Below are positions 23,011 through 36,596 of a stretch of 64,000 nucleotides of DNA, in pieces (the first letter of the stretch is position 1; every line of letters starts with the position of its first letter). The position numbers were made by a program, and so were the translations under genes. The notes below the pieces were generated by a model. It searched no databases. It was not told the DNA's origin and saw only the letters and a program-made list of their open reading frames with translations. Where the stretch lies: positions 108,254,001 to 108,318,000 of the forward strand of contig NC_087437.1 in the NCBI RefSeq assembly GCF_036321535.1. Direction: 5' to 3'. Source of the stretch: Camelus dromedarius (taxonomy: Eukaryota).

Positions 23011-25514
23011 TTGTACTGCTACTATCTCTTCTCTGTTACATCTACATTGGCCGTAAAATCTAGCACAGCGCTTTTCCTACCATTCATGAAAAATAGCTGG
23101 GAATTAAAAAGATTTTATACTTACTACTTTCTTATAGCAGGTAAATATTCTTCTACATTTTACAAAGGAGAAGACAAAGGCTCACTGAAATTGTGATTTG
23201 TCTTAAATTAGTATGCCATGGGATATGAATTAGATTAAAGTTTTCTTTCTCTTGACCATGGTGTGCACTGTCATTGTTTGAGTCAGAGTCTCTTCCTGTT
23301 TTCGGCTCATCAGCCAGAGAAGATGCTTGTCCATATTCAAAAAAGTAAAAATCTCACCAAAGAAGACTTTGTATCAAAAGTAAAAAACAGGCATGACATT
23401 TTAAGCTCTTTTCACTGGCAGATGATAAACAGGAAAATATTAAACCAAGAACCACTGAAATGTCGAGCTATTGTTACCAAGACAATAAAAACGTTACAGA
23501 AATAAATTCTTGGTTTTGAAATTTTTTACGGCACGAGTTCTCATGATTACAGACCAAAGCTTTTAAGAAGACTAACGCATTCCTCCAAATCAAATCAAAT
23601 TGCTTTGTTACAAAGTATTTCCCTTCTTTCATTTTCTCCTGTGTTTTGTGAAGACTCCTGAAATGTTAGTTATCCTAAAAATGCGTTACAAATATTTAGC
23701 AAAGGAAGTCAATTGTCATTTATTTTAAATATTGCATTTAACAATAGGACAGTTGACATCCTAGGTTTTTTCTTCCTTCTGATTTTTTTTTTTAAATCCT
23801 TGGAATTTAAAAACCTTTCTGCGTGACTTTGTTACAAAAAAAATTGTAACAAAAGTCAGTAAAGGAAAAAAAAAATCAGCAGATTTAGGGAATAGAGTCA
23901 TCTAAAACGGCTATGAACACCACCTGCATTTCAGCTGCAAATGTGGATCAGGTCACAAGGAGGAAGTAGGCATTCTGGTTTTATATTCAGCTAAAAAGTA
24001 GCAAGAATAAGCAATTTATGTGTATATTTTCTCTATAATTCTATTTCAAGTTTTAAAGTGATTTGAAATGTTAGTCAAATTGTAATGAGCCTTCTTCTTT
24101 CCTCTTTTAAGTGATGTAGTTGAAATGAAGTGGAATAAATAAAGGTCCTGTAGTGATGAACAGAAAACCCAGAAGCCAGGATGCTACTTGGTCTGAGATG
24201 TTCACTTTTTAAATCCCTTAAGATTTTGGCAAAAGTTGGAATGAAAAACAAGTTTGTAAGAGACTAGTTGCCAAACATCCAAGGATTTGAGAAGTGACCA
24301 GAAGGTTAATAGATGACAGTAATATAGAGGGGCAGAGATAGGTCAAAGATCCCAATAAGAAGGAGTGGTACTCTGGTAGAAGCAGTAGGGAGCCAGGAGA
24401 ATGTTGACCATTTCATCTTACTCCTCAGTTTGTCAGGTATATAAGTCTCCCAGAAAAGGGTCTTTCTGGCGTCCTTGGAGAATTCTCACGCTTCATTTAG
24501 CAGAAGGAGGTAGAAGAGGATTCTCAGGAAAGCCAAGAATGTTGGAGAGTAGTCCCACTCAGTATAAAGGCTAGAAGATGGCGTAGAGAATGGGGAATAA
24601 GGGCGAAGCTGAAGAATTACAGAACAAGTACAAGGCGAGGAAAGAGGGTATCGGTGAGGGGAGAGTGTCCCTTTCGCTTGGTGAACAGGGAGTGTGTTAA
24701 CTAGACAAAGCTGGTGATGTTCTTTCAGTGTTCCAAGTCATCAACTAAGTGTACATACAAGACAGTGTCTGTTTCTTGAAACAGAACATTGAAGGCTGCT
24801 GCGAGGTTTGAAGAAAGGCAACAAGAGCAGGGCTGGTTTATGATGCTCAGGGATAAAGAGAAGGCGCTGAAGAGGGAGAAGGTTTGTTCTAGAGACGCTG
24901 TCCTGCAGCGTGTAGAGCAGGAGAACGGGCGATAAGGGAACGGTTTGCCTCCTGGAGTAGCAGCTTAAAAAGCCTGTCAAGTGAAAGGCTTGTGACTGAT
25001 TTCTGCACCAGGCCAGCGCTGTGACAGGTTTAAAGAAGAACAAGGAGAATTCTGGTTACAAGGCATTTCTTCCAGAAGCAGAGACTCAATCACACTTTGT
25101 AGATGAGGCACCGTTCAAAAGGGAAGGACGGGAAAAGGTAGAAGCTTTAATGATACAGGAAGCCTGCAAATAAAGGCAATAAAAGCTGAGACTCTCCAGA
25201 AACAGCTCATTTCCAAATGTGACTGTGAGTAACCTCATAACTTCGTGGCATTGCATTTAAGATGAAACCCAAAGTAACAAACCAAGTTAAAAAAATATGT
25301 AAAGATTTACATGATATATGTAAAAAATGTACAAGAGTAATTGTTGGCCAAATGAGGTGTATTGCTTCAACCCTTCTACTTTGGTAAAAGAACGACATAG
25401 TAAATAGAACCACCATAATAAACAGAAAAAGTCTGCATTAGCAGTAGAACTATCATGTTAAAATTTTTCCATATCCTATCCAATAAATACAAATGCTTTT
25501 AACCGTATTTCAGA

Positions 25515-25880
25515 GAGTTGGCTCATCCCGAGTTAGGCAGATTATATCATCTGAGGGCCCAGTCCCCATAAAACAACTTTCACTTCCGGCACCAGCTGCA
25601 AGTCTGAGCAGCCCCAGTGCCGCCCTCGTTTCAGACCACCTGGCTACAAATTCCGGGGTTACCACAAACACCCTTGGGTTCAATCATTTACTAGAAAGAC
25701 TCACAGAACTCACTGGATGTGATTACACTCTCAGTCACATTTTTCACAGGCCAAGGATACAGATTAGAACCAGTCATAAGAAAAGACACAGAGCACAAAG
25801 TCTAGAAGGATTCCAAATGTACAGATTCCACCGTCATCAAGGTCTGTTAACCTCTTCGCATCCATGTATGATAATATGCA
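25515..25880 (-). mobile_element. MER21/MER4-group LTR fragment
   Basis: ctggctacaaattccggggttaccacaa...gttcaatcatttactagaaagactcacagaactca...aaggatacagatt. Confidence 0.6.
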
Positions 25881-25884
25881 AATA

Positions 25885-26370
25885 CAGGCACACGTTGTTT
25901 GACTGTGCTCCGAAGGATCGTGTTTGGCAGATACTGAGCTTTTAACAAATTGAAGGCTTGTGGCAGCCCTGCACTGAGCAAGTCTGTCGGCACCATATTT
26001 CCAACAACATTTCTTCAATACACGTCACATTTTGGTAATTCTTGTAATGTTTTGAAGTTTTTCATTACTATTATATTTATTGCGATGATTTGTGGTTAGT
26101 GATCTTGGATGTTACTATTGCAAAAAGATTACAACTCACTGAAGTTTCAGATGAAGGTTAGCATTTTTTAGCAATATTCTTTTTAAATTAAAATATGGAC
26201 TTTTTTTTCAGACACAATGCTATTGTACACTTAATAGACTACAGTACTGTATAAACACCTTTTATATATGCATTTGGAAACAGAAAAATTTGTGCGACTT
26301 GCTTTATTGAGATACCCTCTTTATTGCAGTGGTCTGGGGCTTAACTCACAAAACCTCCAGTGTACGCCTA
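25885..26370 (+). mobile_element. Tigger1 internal-deletion derivative (Tigger1a-like MITE)
   Basis: TA|CAGGCA...acaaattgaaggcttgtggcagccctgcactgagcaagtctgtcggc...; 3' end ctttattgcagtggtctgg...tacgccta|TA. Confidence 0.88.
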
Positions 26371-26399
26371 TATTTTATTCAAATATATGTGTATTTGTG

Positions 26400-27040
26400 G
26401 AGACTCTATTTAATAAATATCCGTTGAGCAGGTTCTGTGTGCCAGGCACTGTCTACATCTTAGGAAATTACTCTTTTTTGGTCTCCTGAGAAGAAGCATT
26501 GACAGATTTTTTTTTTCTACCAGACTATCTTTTTAAGGATGTTTGTGCAGCAAGCAGCCTTGAAAGAGAGAGATAGTGTCTCCTTCCAGAGCAGAAGGTA
26601 GATTTACTTTATGTCCAGGAATTTAAAGATAATGCTTCCTCTGGGGGAGAGACCTGGCAGAACTCCCTGAAGCCTCATGCTAAGATCGGGGTTACCAAGC
26701 TCAGAGTTCTTCAGATGTGATCAAGCACTGTGAGCACAGCATGTACCTGGGCCCACATCCAGACCACTCCCATGGGATCTGAGGGATGAGGAGCAAGAGA
26801 AACCGATATAAATATGAACTCAGACCGTCTGCTGTGCCATGAGTAGTAAAGTCATTTGTCTCTGGTCCAGGAGCCTCGTGCCTTCTGCCAACACCCATCC
26901 CCCTGTGGCAGGCTAACTTGCCAAACTGCAGTTGGTTACGATCTCAGGCTCTTCGTGGATCTTGACACTAGGGACCGTGAGTAGAGTGGTAAACAAAACA
27001 GGCAATTCCCTCTGAGCTCCTGAGCTTATATTCTAGCTGT
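26400..27040 (-). mobile_element. L2 3' end split by an LTR insertion
   Basis: aataaatatccgttgagc...tgtgccaggcactgt before the LTR; gtaaacaaaacaggcaattccct...gagcttatattctag after it. Confidence 0.55.
26460..26968 (+). mobile_element. ERV1 solo LTR (MER89/MER90-like)
   Basis: gagatagtgtctccttccagagcag; agtaaagtcatttgtctctggtccaggagcctcgtg; ends atctcagg...tcttgaca. Confidence 0.7.
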
Positions 27041-27109
27041 GTCTACTTTACATGTGCATTTGTTCACATGTGTTTGTACAGACAGACTATGTACTTCTAT
27101 TTCCTCACT

Positions 27110-27270
27110 TCTAATGTACTCCACAGCAGATTTCTCTAATGAAATCAGTCTTTCAAAGGTCACCGATGGCTTCCAATTTGCCAAACCTAACAATCTGTTC
27201 AATTTCATCCTTCCTGACCTCACCACAGTTTTTGGCATGTGGTCCATTTCTGTATCTTGAAATCTCAGCT
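27110..27270 (+). mobile_element. L2 ORF2 fragment
   Basis: caaaggtcaccgatggcttcc...gccaaacctaa...tcatccttcctgacctc. Confidence 0.5.
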
Positions 27271-27357
27271 GATCCTGGAAGTGTTCTCATGAGATCCACT
27301 GAGATTAGTAGTGTACTTTTATCTTTATCCACAACACATAACCTTCATAAAAATACC

Positions 27358-27912
27358 TGTATATACTGGATTTTTTTATTTATGTCAATTTAGCTGAGAC
27401 TGAGAACTATGTACCTCAGAATCCCCTTCGCTAGATGATTCTGGATTTGAGCTGGATAAAAAAGGAGCTCGTCTGAGTGAAGAAACCAACAATCTTGGAA
27501 GGCTGTGACTGTCGAGAACAGGGTGACAGAAAGTCATAGGGTGTTCATTGGGCTCCAGTTTCAGCTCATCTTTTTACTGCTTCCATCAACCTACAGTAGC
27601 TCCAAGCCAACTACCAAGCTATATTGAGGGGGTAGCTTCCACAGACCTCTTCTCAAACACCTCTTCTTGTATAAAGTCCCAATCTGGTAGCCAGACATGT
27701 GCATTTTCTGGAGCTTTCCAGCAATTTCTGACCTGTCCACCCACAACAGGCTGTCTCAGTGAGTGACTTTTGCTGAATTTAATTTCCCTGTTCCAGACCT
27801 TCTCATGCCCAGGTCCTGCTACATGTCTGTAAGCTTTAATTTCTATAATAAATCCCTTCTACCCATAATACCATTAGTGCTCATGTTTACAGACCAAATT
27901 CTAAAAGATACC
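27358..27912 (+). mobile_element. ERVL LTR (LTR41-like)
   Basis: tgtcaatttagctgagactgagaacta...cagaatccccttc; AATAAATCCCTT near the 3' end. Confidence 0.6.
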
Positions 27913-28152
27913 ATGCATTAGATTAAAATTAAGTAATTATTCTTTAAAAATTAATTACCCATTCTATGAGTAAAACCTGGGAATTTTTCTCACTAGTTCT
28001 CAGAATGAAAGACAGAGGACTTATCCGAAGATATATATGAACCTTTGAAACCTCTAAAAATAAGGTATATCATTAGACTAAGACAGGGTTGTTTATAAAA
28101 TAAGGGCATTTAGACTCAAGAGCTGTCTATTTCAGTCACACATTTAGTCTTC

Positions 28153-28520
28153 CACTATGGGCTGAATCATGCCCCTCTATCAAACTCATATGTTGTAGCC
28201 TTAACCCCCAATGTGACTATATTTGGAGACAGTGTCTTTAGGAGGTAGTTAAGTTTAAGTGAGGTCCTGCATGTAGAGCCCTACTGTACCCGGACCACAG
28301 CCTTATAAGGAAGACATATAAAGGAGAGGAAGACAGAGAGGAAGTCTCTCTGCTTTGAAGACATGATGAAAAGGTGGCTGTCTGCTTCTCAGAGTCTCAT
28401 CACAACCAAGCGTGCATCCTAATCTTGGACTTTCCAGGCTCTAGGGCTGTAAGAAGATTAATTTCTGTTGTTTAAGCCTCCCAGTCTATGGTGTTTATCA
28501 TGGCAGCCTGAGCTAAGATA
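28153..28520 (+). mobile_element. MaLR solo LTR (MLT1A/B-like)
   Basis: ctatgggctgaat...aacccccaatgtgactatatttggagac; tttctgttgtttaagcctcccagtctatgg; ends gctaagata. Confidence 0.8.
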
Positions 28521-29017
28521 CTTTCTATACGACCTCAGGCTCAGTTTGTCTGTAGAATCCACTTCAGAAGTCCTGCCTTACACAGCATTCTTGGGTGGGA
28601 TCATGCCGGGTAGAGCCTTATAGGGGGCACTAATAAATTCAATTTGTACACAGATTTTCATCCACTTCTCCTATAACCAGCACCCCAACCTGGCCCTGGC
28701 CTGCTTAGGATTTGATGCCTCCAAGTACTTCTCTCTGTGGCGTGAACCATCTTGCTTTCTGTTGATCTCACCTCATGGGCATTTTAGGATTATTGCCATC
28801 TCTCTGCAGTGATGGCTCCTGTCCAATTCTCTTGCACCATGTGGACTTTATCTTTTTAAATTATTTCATTGGCAATCAAGAGGAAAAGGTAAATGTGATA
28901 TCCTGCTTCACCAGCAGTCCCAATATAATAGGCAGAAATCATTTTAAATTACTCTGGTTTAATAATAAAAATTGGTGTATTTTATAAAAATATTGGGTAT
29001 AAAAATGTACTGCTTCA

Positions 29018-29560
29018 CAACCTCAATGTCCATCAACAGATGACTGGATAAAAAAGTTGTGGTATATTTGTTCAATGAAATACTACTCGGCAATAAAAAG
29101 AATAAAATAATACCATTTACAGCAACATGGATGGACTTCGAGATTGTCATTCTAAGTGAAGAAAGCCAGAAAGAGAAAGAAAAATACCATATGATATCAC
29201 TCATATGTGGAATTTTTTAAAAAGTAAAAGAAAAAAGAGGACACTGATGAACTCATGTACAAAACAGACACAGACTCACAGATGTAGTAAACAACCTCAT
29301 GGTTACCAGGGGAAAGGGGATGGGAAGGGATAAATCTGGAACTTTGAGATTTGCAAATGTTAGACTCTATATATAAAAATAGATTAAAAATAAACAAATT
29401 TCTTCTGTGTAGCATGGAAAACTATGTTCAATATCTTGTAATAACCTTTAATGAAAAAGAATATGAAAATTAATATATGTATATCTGTATATATGCATGA
29501 CTGGGACATTAGGCTATACACCAGAAATTAACACATTGAAACTGACTATTTCAATTTAAA
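29018..29560 (+). mobile_element. Young L1 3' end
   Basis: aatgtccatcaacagatgactggataaa...; TSD TGTACTGCTTCA (29006-17) / TGTACTGCCTCA (29565-76). Confidence 0.92.
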
Positions 29561-30849
29561 AACGTGTACTGCCTCAGGTGTTATGTGACTTTGATTGGTT
29601 TCTTAGTATTAATTATTTGGGGAGAAAATTATATAACTTTGGAAGCTATATCTTTCAATATATGACCCCTTTAGCATCTTAGTGACCTGTCAGAATTAAC
29701 TAGATTACCAAGATGGCCAAGCTGGCTTCTAGGACATGACCAACCCCCTGAAAGAATCTGACTCATTATGTACTGGGCTTTTCAGTTTGGTGTTTAACCT
29801 GGAACAAACAGGAAAGAATCATACACAGTCTAATGCTTGCACTCAAGGAGTTGGTATTCAGTGTTCTGGGCAGGCTTCAGGGTCTTCTGGGTGGTGTCCA
29901 AGCAGCACAAGCTCGTAGCTAGATCACGGAATCAGAACACCAGAATCCTATTCCTATGTCCAACATTTTAGTACAATCAAATGGAATGCAGCATTGAAAT
30001 AAGAAATGCAGTGTTTCAGCTAAATCAGTGTTCAAGTTGGCAACTTATATTCAGTCTGTGCAGAACTGAGGAATTTGCTATTGTCTAGACCATGATTTAG
30101 ACAGAGAGCCACAAATCCCAATGTAGAGGCTATTCTGTTGTTACATAACTTAAATAAATTTCTCCTCCCAAAGTCACTGAATAAAAATGCAAGAATGATA
30201 AATCTCTAATAAAGTGGGAACGTATGTTGAATAAAACTTATTTATAATCATATATTATGAGATGGTCAAATTCAAAGCATCCTTATTATTAAAAATATAA
30301 GATTTTATTGTGTAGAGGAACTGTCAGGCTGACAAAGTCAATATTACACAGCATTTGTTAATTAACTATTTGCCTAATCCAGTATGTTTAATTAGACAAG
30401 CCCACAATATTTAAGTAAAGTTATATTAGTCTAGAGAAATCACAGTTACTCAGTGAAGAATTCTAATTTTTACAAATAGCAAGTTTTATTCTAAAAACAG
30501 GTAATTTGTAATGGTAATTGCAAATATTATGTCAATAAGATTGTGCAAAGAAAGGACTCAGTTTCTCATCTTCCTTTCTCTTTAGTCAGCAGTAATCACT
30601 GAGACATGATACCACCGAAAATGGTTTCCCTGTGCAGCTCATTAAATACATTTGATCTTAAATTAGAAAATATGTTTCCACATAAAGGCTACATCAGACA
30701 ATTTTCCATAAAATAAACTAAGAAAAGTCACAAAATTCATAAGACCTTTCCCACAAAAATAGAAAGCCAATTGCAATAACCTTTCCAACGGAGAGGCAGA
30801 CCATTAGAAGTTTCCTCATCCCATGTAGAAAGTTATCAACAAAAATAAC

Positions 30850-31424
30850 TTGTCTATGGGACATTGTGCTATACACCAGAGATTGACACATTGTGATTGA
30901 CCGTACTTCAATTTAAAAAATGTCTATTTATTTTATATATAGTAGTTAGTATCTGCAGATTTCAAACTCCCACCCCCATTATCTTCTGGTAACCATAAGT
31001 TTGTTCTTTACTTCTGTGAGTCTGTTTCTGTTTTGTAAATAAGTTCATTTGTATCTTTTTTTTAGTTTATACTGTATAGCACAGGGAACTATATTTAATA
31101 TCTTGTAGTAACCTATAATGAAAAAGAATAGGAAAATAAAAATATGTATGTACATGTATGACTGAAACATTATGCTGTACACTGGAAATTGATACAACAG
31201 TATAAACTGACTATACTTCAATAAGAAAGAATGCCCCCCAAAAATAGGTAAACAACAAGCACCTACCTACAGCACAGCACAGGGAACTATATTCAATTTC
31301 TTATAATGAGCTGTAATGGAAAAGAATCTAAAAAAAATTTAAGTATATGTGTAATTGATTTGCTGTACACCTGAAACTAACATTGTAAAATGACTGCACT
31401 TCAATAAAAAATAAGAATTAAAAA
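30850..31424. mobile_element. Cluster of three L1 3' ends, one with a 5' inversion
   Basis: Tiny + tail 30858-30920 (TSD TGTCTAT); antisense 3'UTR piece to about 31064 joined to a sense piece 31065-31230; another sense tail 31241-31424. Confidence 0.85.
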
Positions 31425-32462
31425 GTGGTAATAATTTGGCTGAGGTAATAAACTCAAATTACATAATCTGTTAAAGAAAAGAAGTCTGTATGCTATTAAT
31501 TTCTTAAAAACTATTTTAAGACTATTATAACTGTATTAAGTTGTACTAAAATTAAATGAGAGAGTGAAAGAGATAACCTCAAAGCTCTTTTCCAATTTAA
31601 AATTTTATGATTCTATGACTGTACATTAGGTCTGAAGTAGAATATAGATAAGGCTAAAGTGATAGGGGAACAAATAAAATTCCCTCTATGACGCTGACCG
31701 TATTTATCTGATTTTTTGAAAAGCACCAAAATAGATTGAACATTCTTTTTATGTCTTTTCAATATTGGAACAGTTAGTCCAGAGTTTTCTTCCAAGCAGT
31801 TATTTCTCAATGACTTTAAAAAAAGAGAGAGGAATAAATGACTATCTAATAAGAAACAATTTCCTATTATACACTGCACACTAAGAAAATTGATTTTGAA
31901 GGCTTAAATAAATCGCTAAATATATCTATTATTCAGAGCCTGGCAAATATGAATTGTGAGTTCTCATTCACAAAAAAATTATTTTATTTCTTTGACTAAA
32001 AAGAAAAGGAATTACACTTGAAGACTCTGGACAATTTTGAAGTTATGGAAGAAAAAATACACCCATGTTAAATTCACTAATAGGATTAGATTCTATAACT
32101 GTATTATTGTAAGAAAAATATAGTATCAAACTAAGTTTTGTGGCCATGAGATATTGATCAAAAATTCATTAGCTATTTATTAGATGATTTGGACATATTA
32201 ATTTCAAATTTTGGAATCATGTTGAATAGTCATTTATTTTTCTTGTTTTTTCTAACCAATTTCTCAAAAAAGCGTAAATTTTGGAAAGAGAAATACTGGG
32301 TTCATACTCAGGCTTTGATTTTTACAAACTGTGTAATCATGGATAAATCACTAATTTTCTGCAGATAATTTTTCTTATATCACAGAATTGCTAAACTATT
32401 TACATTACACAATGAGAGGTGCTTTTAATCTATACACTAACCTAAAAAATTTAATTAGATAA

Positions 32463-34150
32463 TGAGGCAGAGACAGCTGGCTGTCCATCAGAATCGCCTC
32501 TCCACTCCTGTGCGTACTGCTGCAGCTGCTTAATGGAACGGGGGACTCCGTTCCTAAGACCTCCTTGCAACTAATTATGACCTTGTAACTGCTTCAGATC
32601 AGCAAAATGAAAATTTTGTCTGCCACTTTCTGAGCAAGGACATAATCTTGTTCATTCTCCAGGCTCTCTCCCCTTCCACAAACCAGATAAAAATGATTAT
32701 GGTCTCAGGAACTGAGAGAAGATGGAAGAAGCTCAGGTCCCTGAACCTCGCTATAGAAAAGACCTTCCCACCAATCAGGAGTACACACTTGGGATTGTCA
32801 CTAGAGGGGTGAAAAAATCAGGCTCTTGTGTCGAGCCATTATCCATTTGGCATATATCTCTTATCACAGCTTAGCATACCCTTACTAGTACAGAAATCAG
32901 TACCCTGAAATGAAGTGCTCCTACCCAGAAAAAAAAAATTAAAATAGATGGCATGGGCTTAGGAGTTCGGGAGTGAGAAAAAAGATGATGTAGGCTGGAG
33001 GTTGGAGACCTGTGCTATTCAGCGTCAAAATATTTAGTTAAGCTGTTGTCCGAGATAAGTTGGAAATCAGAATAGTTCTTAGAACTGTGGTTCTCAGAAA
33101 ATTGTGGGAAGGAGCCCAAGTGTTACTGTGTGTTGGCCTCACGTGCTACTTGTAGCAAAGCATTTCAAGAGCAACATGAGCTCATATATGACTGACCAAA
33201 AAGGAGCAGGGCTGTAAAAGTTAGCAGCTCTTGTATTCCACAAAGCATGTACTCCCCAGGTATTCTTAAGGTTTTTCAGAGAAAAGAATCACCATGTGGG
33301 AAAGATCAGATTAAAGGCATTGTTTTCCCGCCCCAGTGTTGTATGGTTTTAAGATGGCACCAACTAAGTTTGGAGAAACAGGCATGAGGGAGAGAATGTG
33401 AAATTACAAGACAGACTTAAGAATTATATCTGGGAAATAATTTTGAGTATGATTATAGGCACAATAAACTAACTAGAAACAAATATTTCTGAAACCTATT
33501 AAGATTCTGAAAGAATTATATTGACAAAGAAAGTATGAATCTGGACTTGAAAAGCCAGTGATGAGTGGGCAGTCTTAACACTTGGACCCCTCAGTTTCAA
33601 CAAACAAGGAGTCAGCTCTGACAGCTGGTCAGCCCTCACAAGGGCAGAATCCTCAATATTGACTTCAAATGATGCCATGGAGGATATGAATGAGGAAAGA
33701 AATCTTAGAAGTGAATCCAGTGGGCCCTGGAGAACAATGGACAAGAGAATCTGTACTCTTTTATAAGGAATATTTTAATGCCTGCTCAGCAAAATATGAC
33801 CAAGGACTAGTGTCCAATTAAGAAGCACATTTACTTGCCCTGCTTATGTCCATATGTGGTTAGTTATCACTAAAGAAATATAACCAAAGATGAAAAGAAT
33901 CACTTCCAGGCAAAGGATTTAAGAAATTGATTTCCCTCCTGAACGCCTCAGTTCCTCTGTACTAGTAGAGGCCAATATGATGTAAGGTAGAGCCACAAAT
34001 CTGAAGGAATCTGGGTCCCTGAATCACCCTATGGAAAAACACCATCTTGAATTATTGTATAAGCTAGAAATAAAACTGTATTGCATTTAAGTCATTTACA
34101 TCATTTTAGTGTCTGTTTGTGATGACAATTTAGTGCTATCTTCCAAATTA
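32463..34150 (+). mobile_element. Ancient MaLR element: LTR + internal + LTR remnant (MLT1I/J-like)
   Basis: LTR 32463-32892 ends ...ttactagtaca, followed by gaaatcagtacc (MaLR-int start-like). A second LTR-like copy at about 33790-34150 shares ggtccctgaa and cacttcc/cactttc motifs. Confidence 0.6.
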
Positions 34151-34491
34151 TAGTTGCATCATTTGGGCATGTTATTTGTTTAGAGTAGAGCACAACAGTA
34201 ATGAATTATTTATAAATGTTTGCTTAAGAAGAAAAGCACATGTAATGAACGAAGGTATATGACGCATACTGGGGGGATTTTTTTCTTTTGAAAGGGGAGA
34301 TGAAAATTCCTATGTATAACTGGAATTATTTCCACTGCATAATATGAAGAGACAAATTCTATGAGGTCTTAGATAGAATGATTATTTTATAGTTATTGTT
34401 ATATGGTTATTTTCTGAATATTAAAATACTACTGATATGATTACAGATATCCAAGGTCATTATTATACATGAAGTGAAATTTTATGTACTG

Positions 34492-34855
34492 TGCCATAGA
34501 CTAAATGTTTGTGTCTCCTCAAAATTAGTATGTTGAACACTAACATCCAATGTAATGATATTAGCAGGTGGGACCTTTGGGAGGTGATTAGGTCATAAGG
34601 GTGGAGACCTCATGAATGGGACTAGTGCCTTTATGAAGGAGATCCCAGAGAGCCCCTTGCCCTCTTCAGCTGTGTGAGGACACTGCAGGAATATGACTGT
34701 CTATAAACCAAGAAGTGGGTCCTCACCAGACACCAAATCTGCCAGCGCCTTTATCTCAGACTTCCAGCCTCCAGAACTGTAAGAAATAAACGTCTGTTGT
34801 CTAAGTCACCCAGTCTATGGAATTTTTCTTATAGCAACCTAAATGGATCAAGACA
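34492..34855 (+). mobile_element. MaLR solo LTR (MLT1A0-like)
   Basis: tgccatagactaaatgtttgtgtctcc; ggacctttgggaggtgattaggtcat; gacttccagcctccagaactgtaagaaataaa; ends aagaca. Confidence 0.88.
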
Positions 34856-36254
34856 TACAATCATGGTTACATATAACTTTTCTCCTTCTATTATTTTAAA
34901 TATTTGTTCAAGCATTCTGATTTTTTGCTCAATTTCCAGAGAGTGGTTGCAAATTCATGGCTTATCAAAGCATATTAACATGAAAACAGATTATTTATTA
35001 CATAAACTAGAGTATATAATGTGATAATATATCCAATGTGTCACTTTTTACAATATCATCAAATTACATTTTTTCTTATATGAACAAGCAAAGTACATGA
35101 CAATTTTAGAGACTTTATTACTCAAGAACATGACTGTATTTTTCCAGATATATCCATTTTTATCCTGAAAAACACGTATCTAAGAACCCTCCCCAAAAAA
35201 TAATCTCTAAAAATTGCTCTCCAAGGAAGAATTCCTCTAAAATTAAGAAAATATTTTTGTCTGAAGATTTTTAAATACATGAAATATATTTTTTAAGAGG
35301 ATGGAGTTATTGTCTTTTATCAGTCTGCAATGGAGAGATATAAAAGAAGAAAAAAAACCAAAAACTAGAAAAATGTGTAATAGATAAATAACTTTTTACT
35401 TAAGAGATGGCATATACTCACTGTAACACCAAAAGTAGTTTTAAATTGGTATTAGAATGTCATATTAAGCAGTAAAAAATTGTCACATAAATAAATTATC
35501 CTTAAGAGAGTTAAGTGCATTTTTAAAAATGGGAAAATATTATTCTTGAAAAAAAGGATTATCTTTCTCCTTAAAGCAGAAATAAAGCTTCAGAAGATTG
35601 TATTGCTAATCTAATAATAACAACATGACTCAAATTTCAGGACACGCTGTGCTCTAGGCATTGAGCTAAACTTTAGACAATGACAAATAGTGTAACTATA
35701 TCACTCTTCTAAAGAAAATACTTTGAAATCTTACATCATTATTAGACAACATGAGATATGGTTATGTAGAAAGAAAAAAGCAAAATTCTGTCTTCCTTCA
35801 CAAAAGCTCTCCCGTGGGAAAACTAAGTATATGTGTATATATATATAGATCAACTATATATAAACACATGTAAATATAATTGGTTTTAAAAATCAGTTTC
35901 CTACTATCTAATAGAAATGAAGGAGAACTAAAAGGCAGACAATCATATTTGGGATGAAATACCTGCATTTTACTTATATGCTATTTTATAAATGATTATA
36001 AGGATAATCTAAGCTTTGCACTTTTTATTGTCTTATTTGGCCTTTGAAAAAAATTGATCAGACATCTCATAAGTGATAGGGGATAGAGGTAAACAAAACT
36101 GTGACCAACATAACTTGCACCTTGAAAATCAAGTGAGAGAAGCTACAGTAGAGTTGTAGGAGAGGAAGTGGGTTTGGAACCAGAAGACCTGGAGTCTGGC
36201 CCAGCATCCACTCTGACTAAGAATTGACTCTCAGTAACTTCATTTATCTCCACT

Positions 36255-36596
36255 CCACTTCTATTTGGAGAGTTTGAAAGCTGAAAACTACCTTTTCCAG
36301 TCTCTCTTGTAGATCTGGTTTTGGGTATAAGATTCAGCCAAGCACAATTTAGAAGTCAGAATGAGAAGGAAGCCACCTTCTTATGATTGTACAAATAAAT
36401 GTTTCTACTGCAAGTTCTATTCTCTAGTCACCAGCTTTGCAAGTAGCAAAAGCAGGTTCCTGAAAAGAAATGTGAATTTCTGCTCTTCCAGACATTTCTA
36501 CAGTTTTTAAAGACTGTTAACTCCATAAATTAAATTCTATTCTGCTAGAAACACCTAGAGTGGTTCCTCTTTTCCATACTGAACCCTGATCCATCC
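36255..36596 (+). mobile_element. ERVL LTR fragment (LTR33-like) within a MIR relic
   Basis: gctgaaaactaccttttccagtctctcttgtag; aaattctattctgctagaaacacctagagtggtt...actgaaccctga. Confidence 0.5.

Noticed and set aside
24300..25200. Purine-rich stretch considered as a processed pseudogene
   Set aside because: No recognisable reading frame, polyA or TSD; probably a very old repeat or unique non-coding DNA.
25493..25945. Longest ORF in the window (150 aa)
   Set aside because: Runs across an antisense LTR fragment into a Tigger1 MITE; no recognisable domain.
28615..28632. CTCF-like motif ...TAGGGGGCACTA
   Set aside because: The 5' half of the core motif is mismatched; unsupported without ChIP data.
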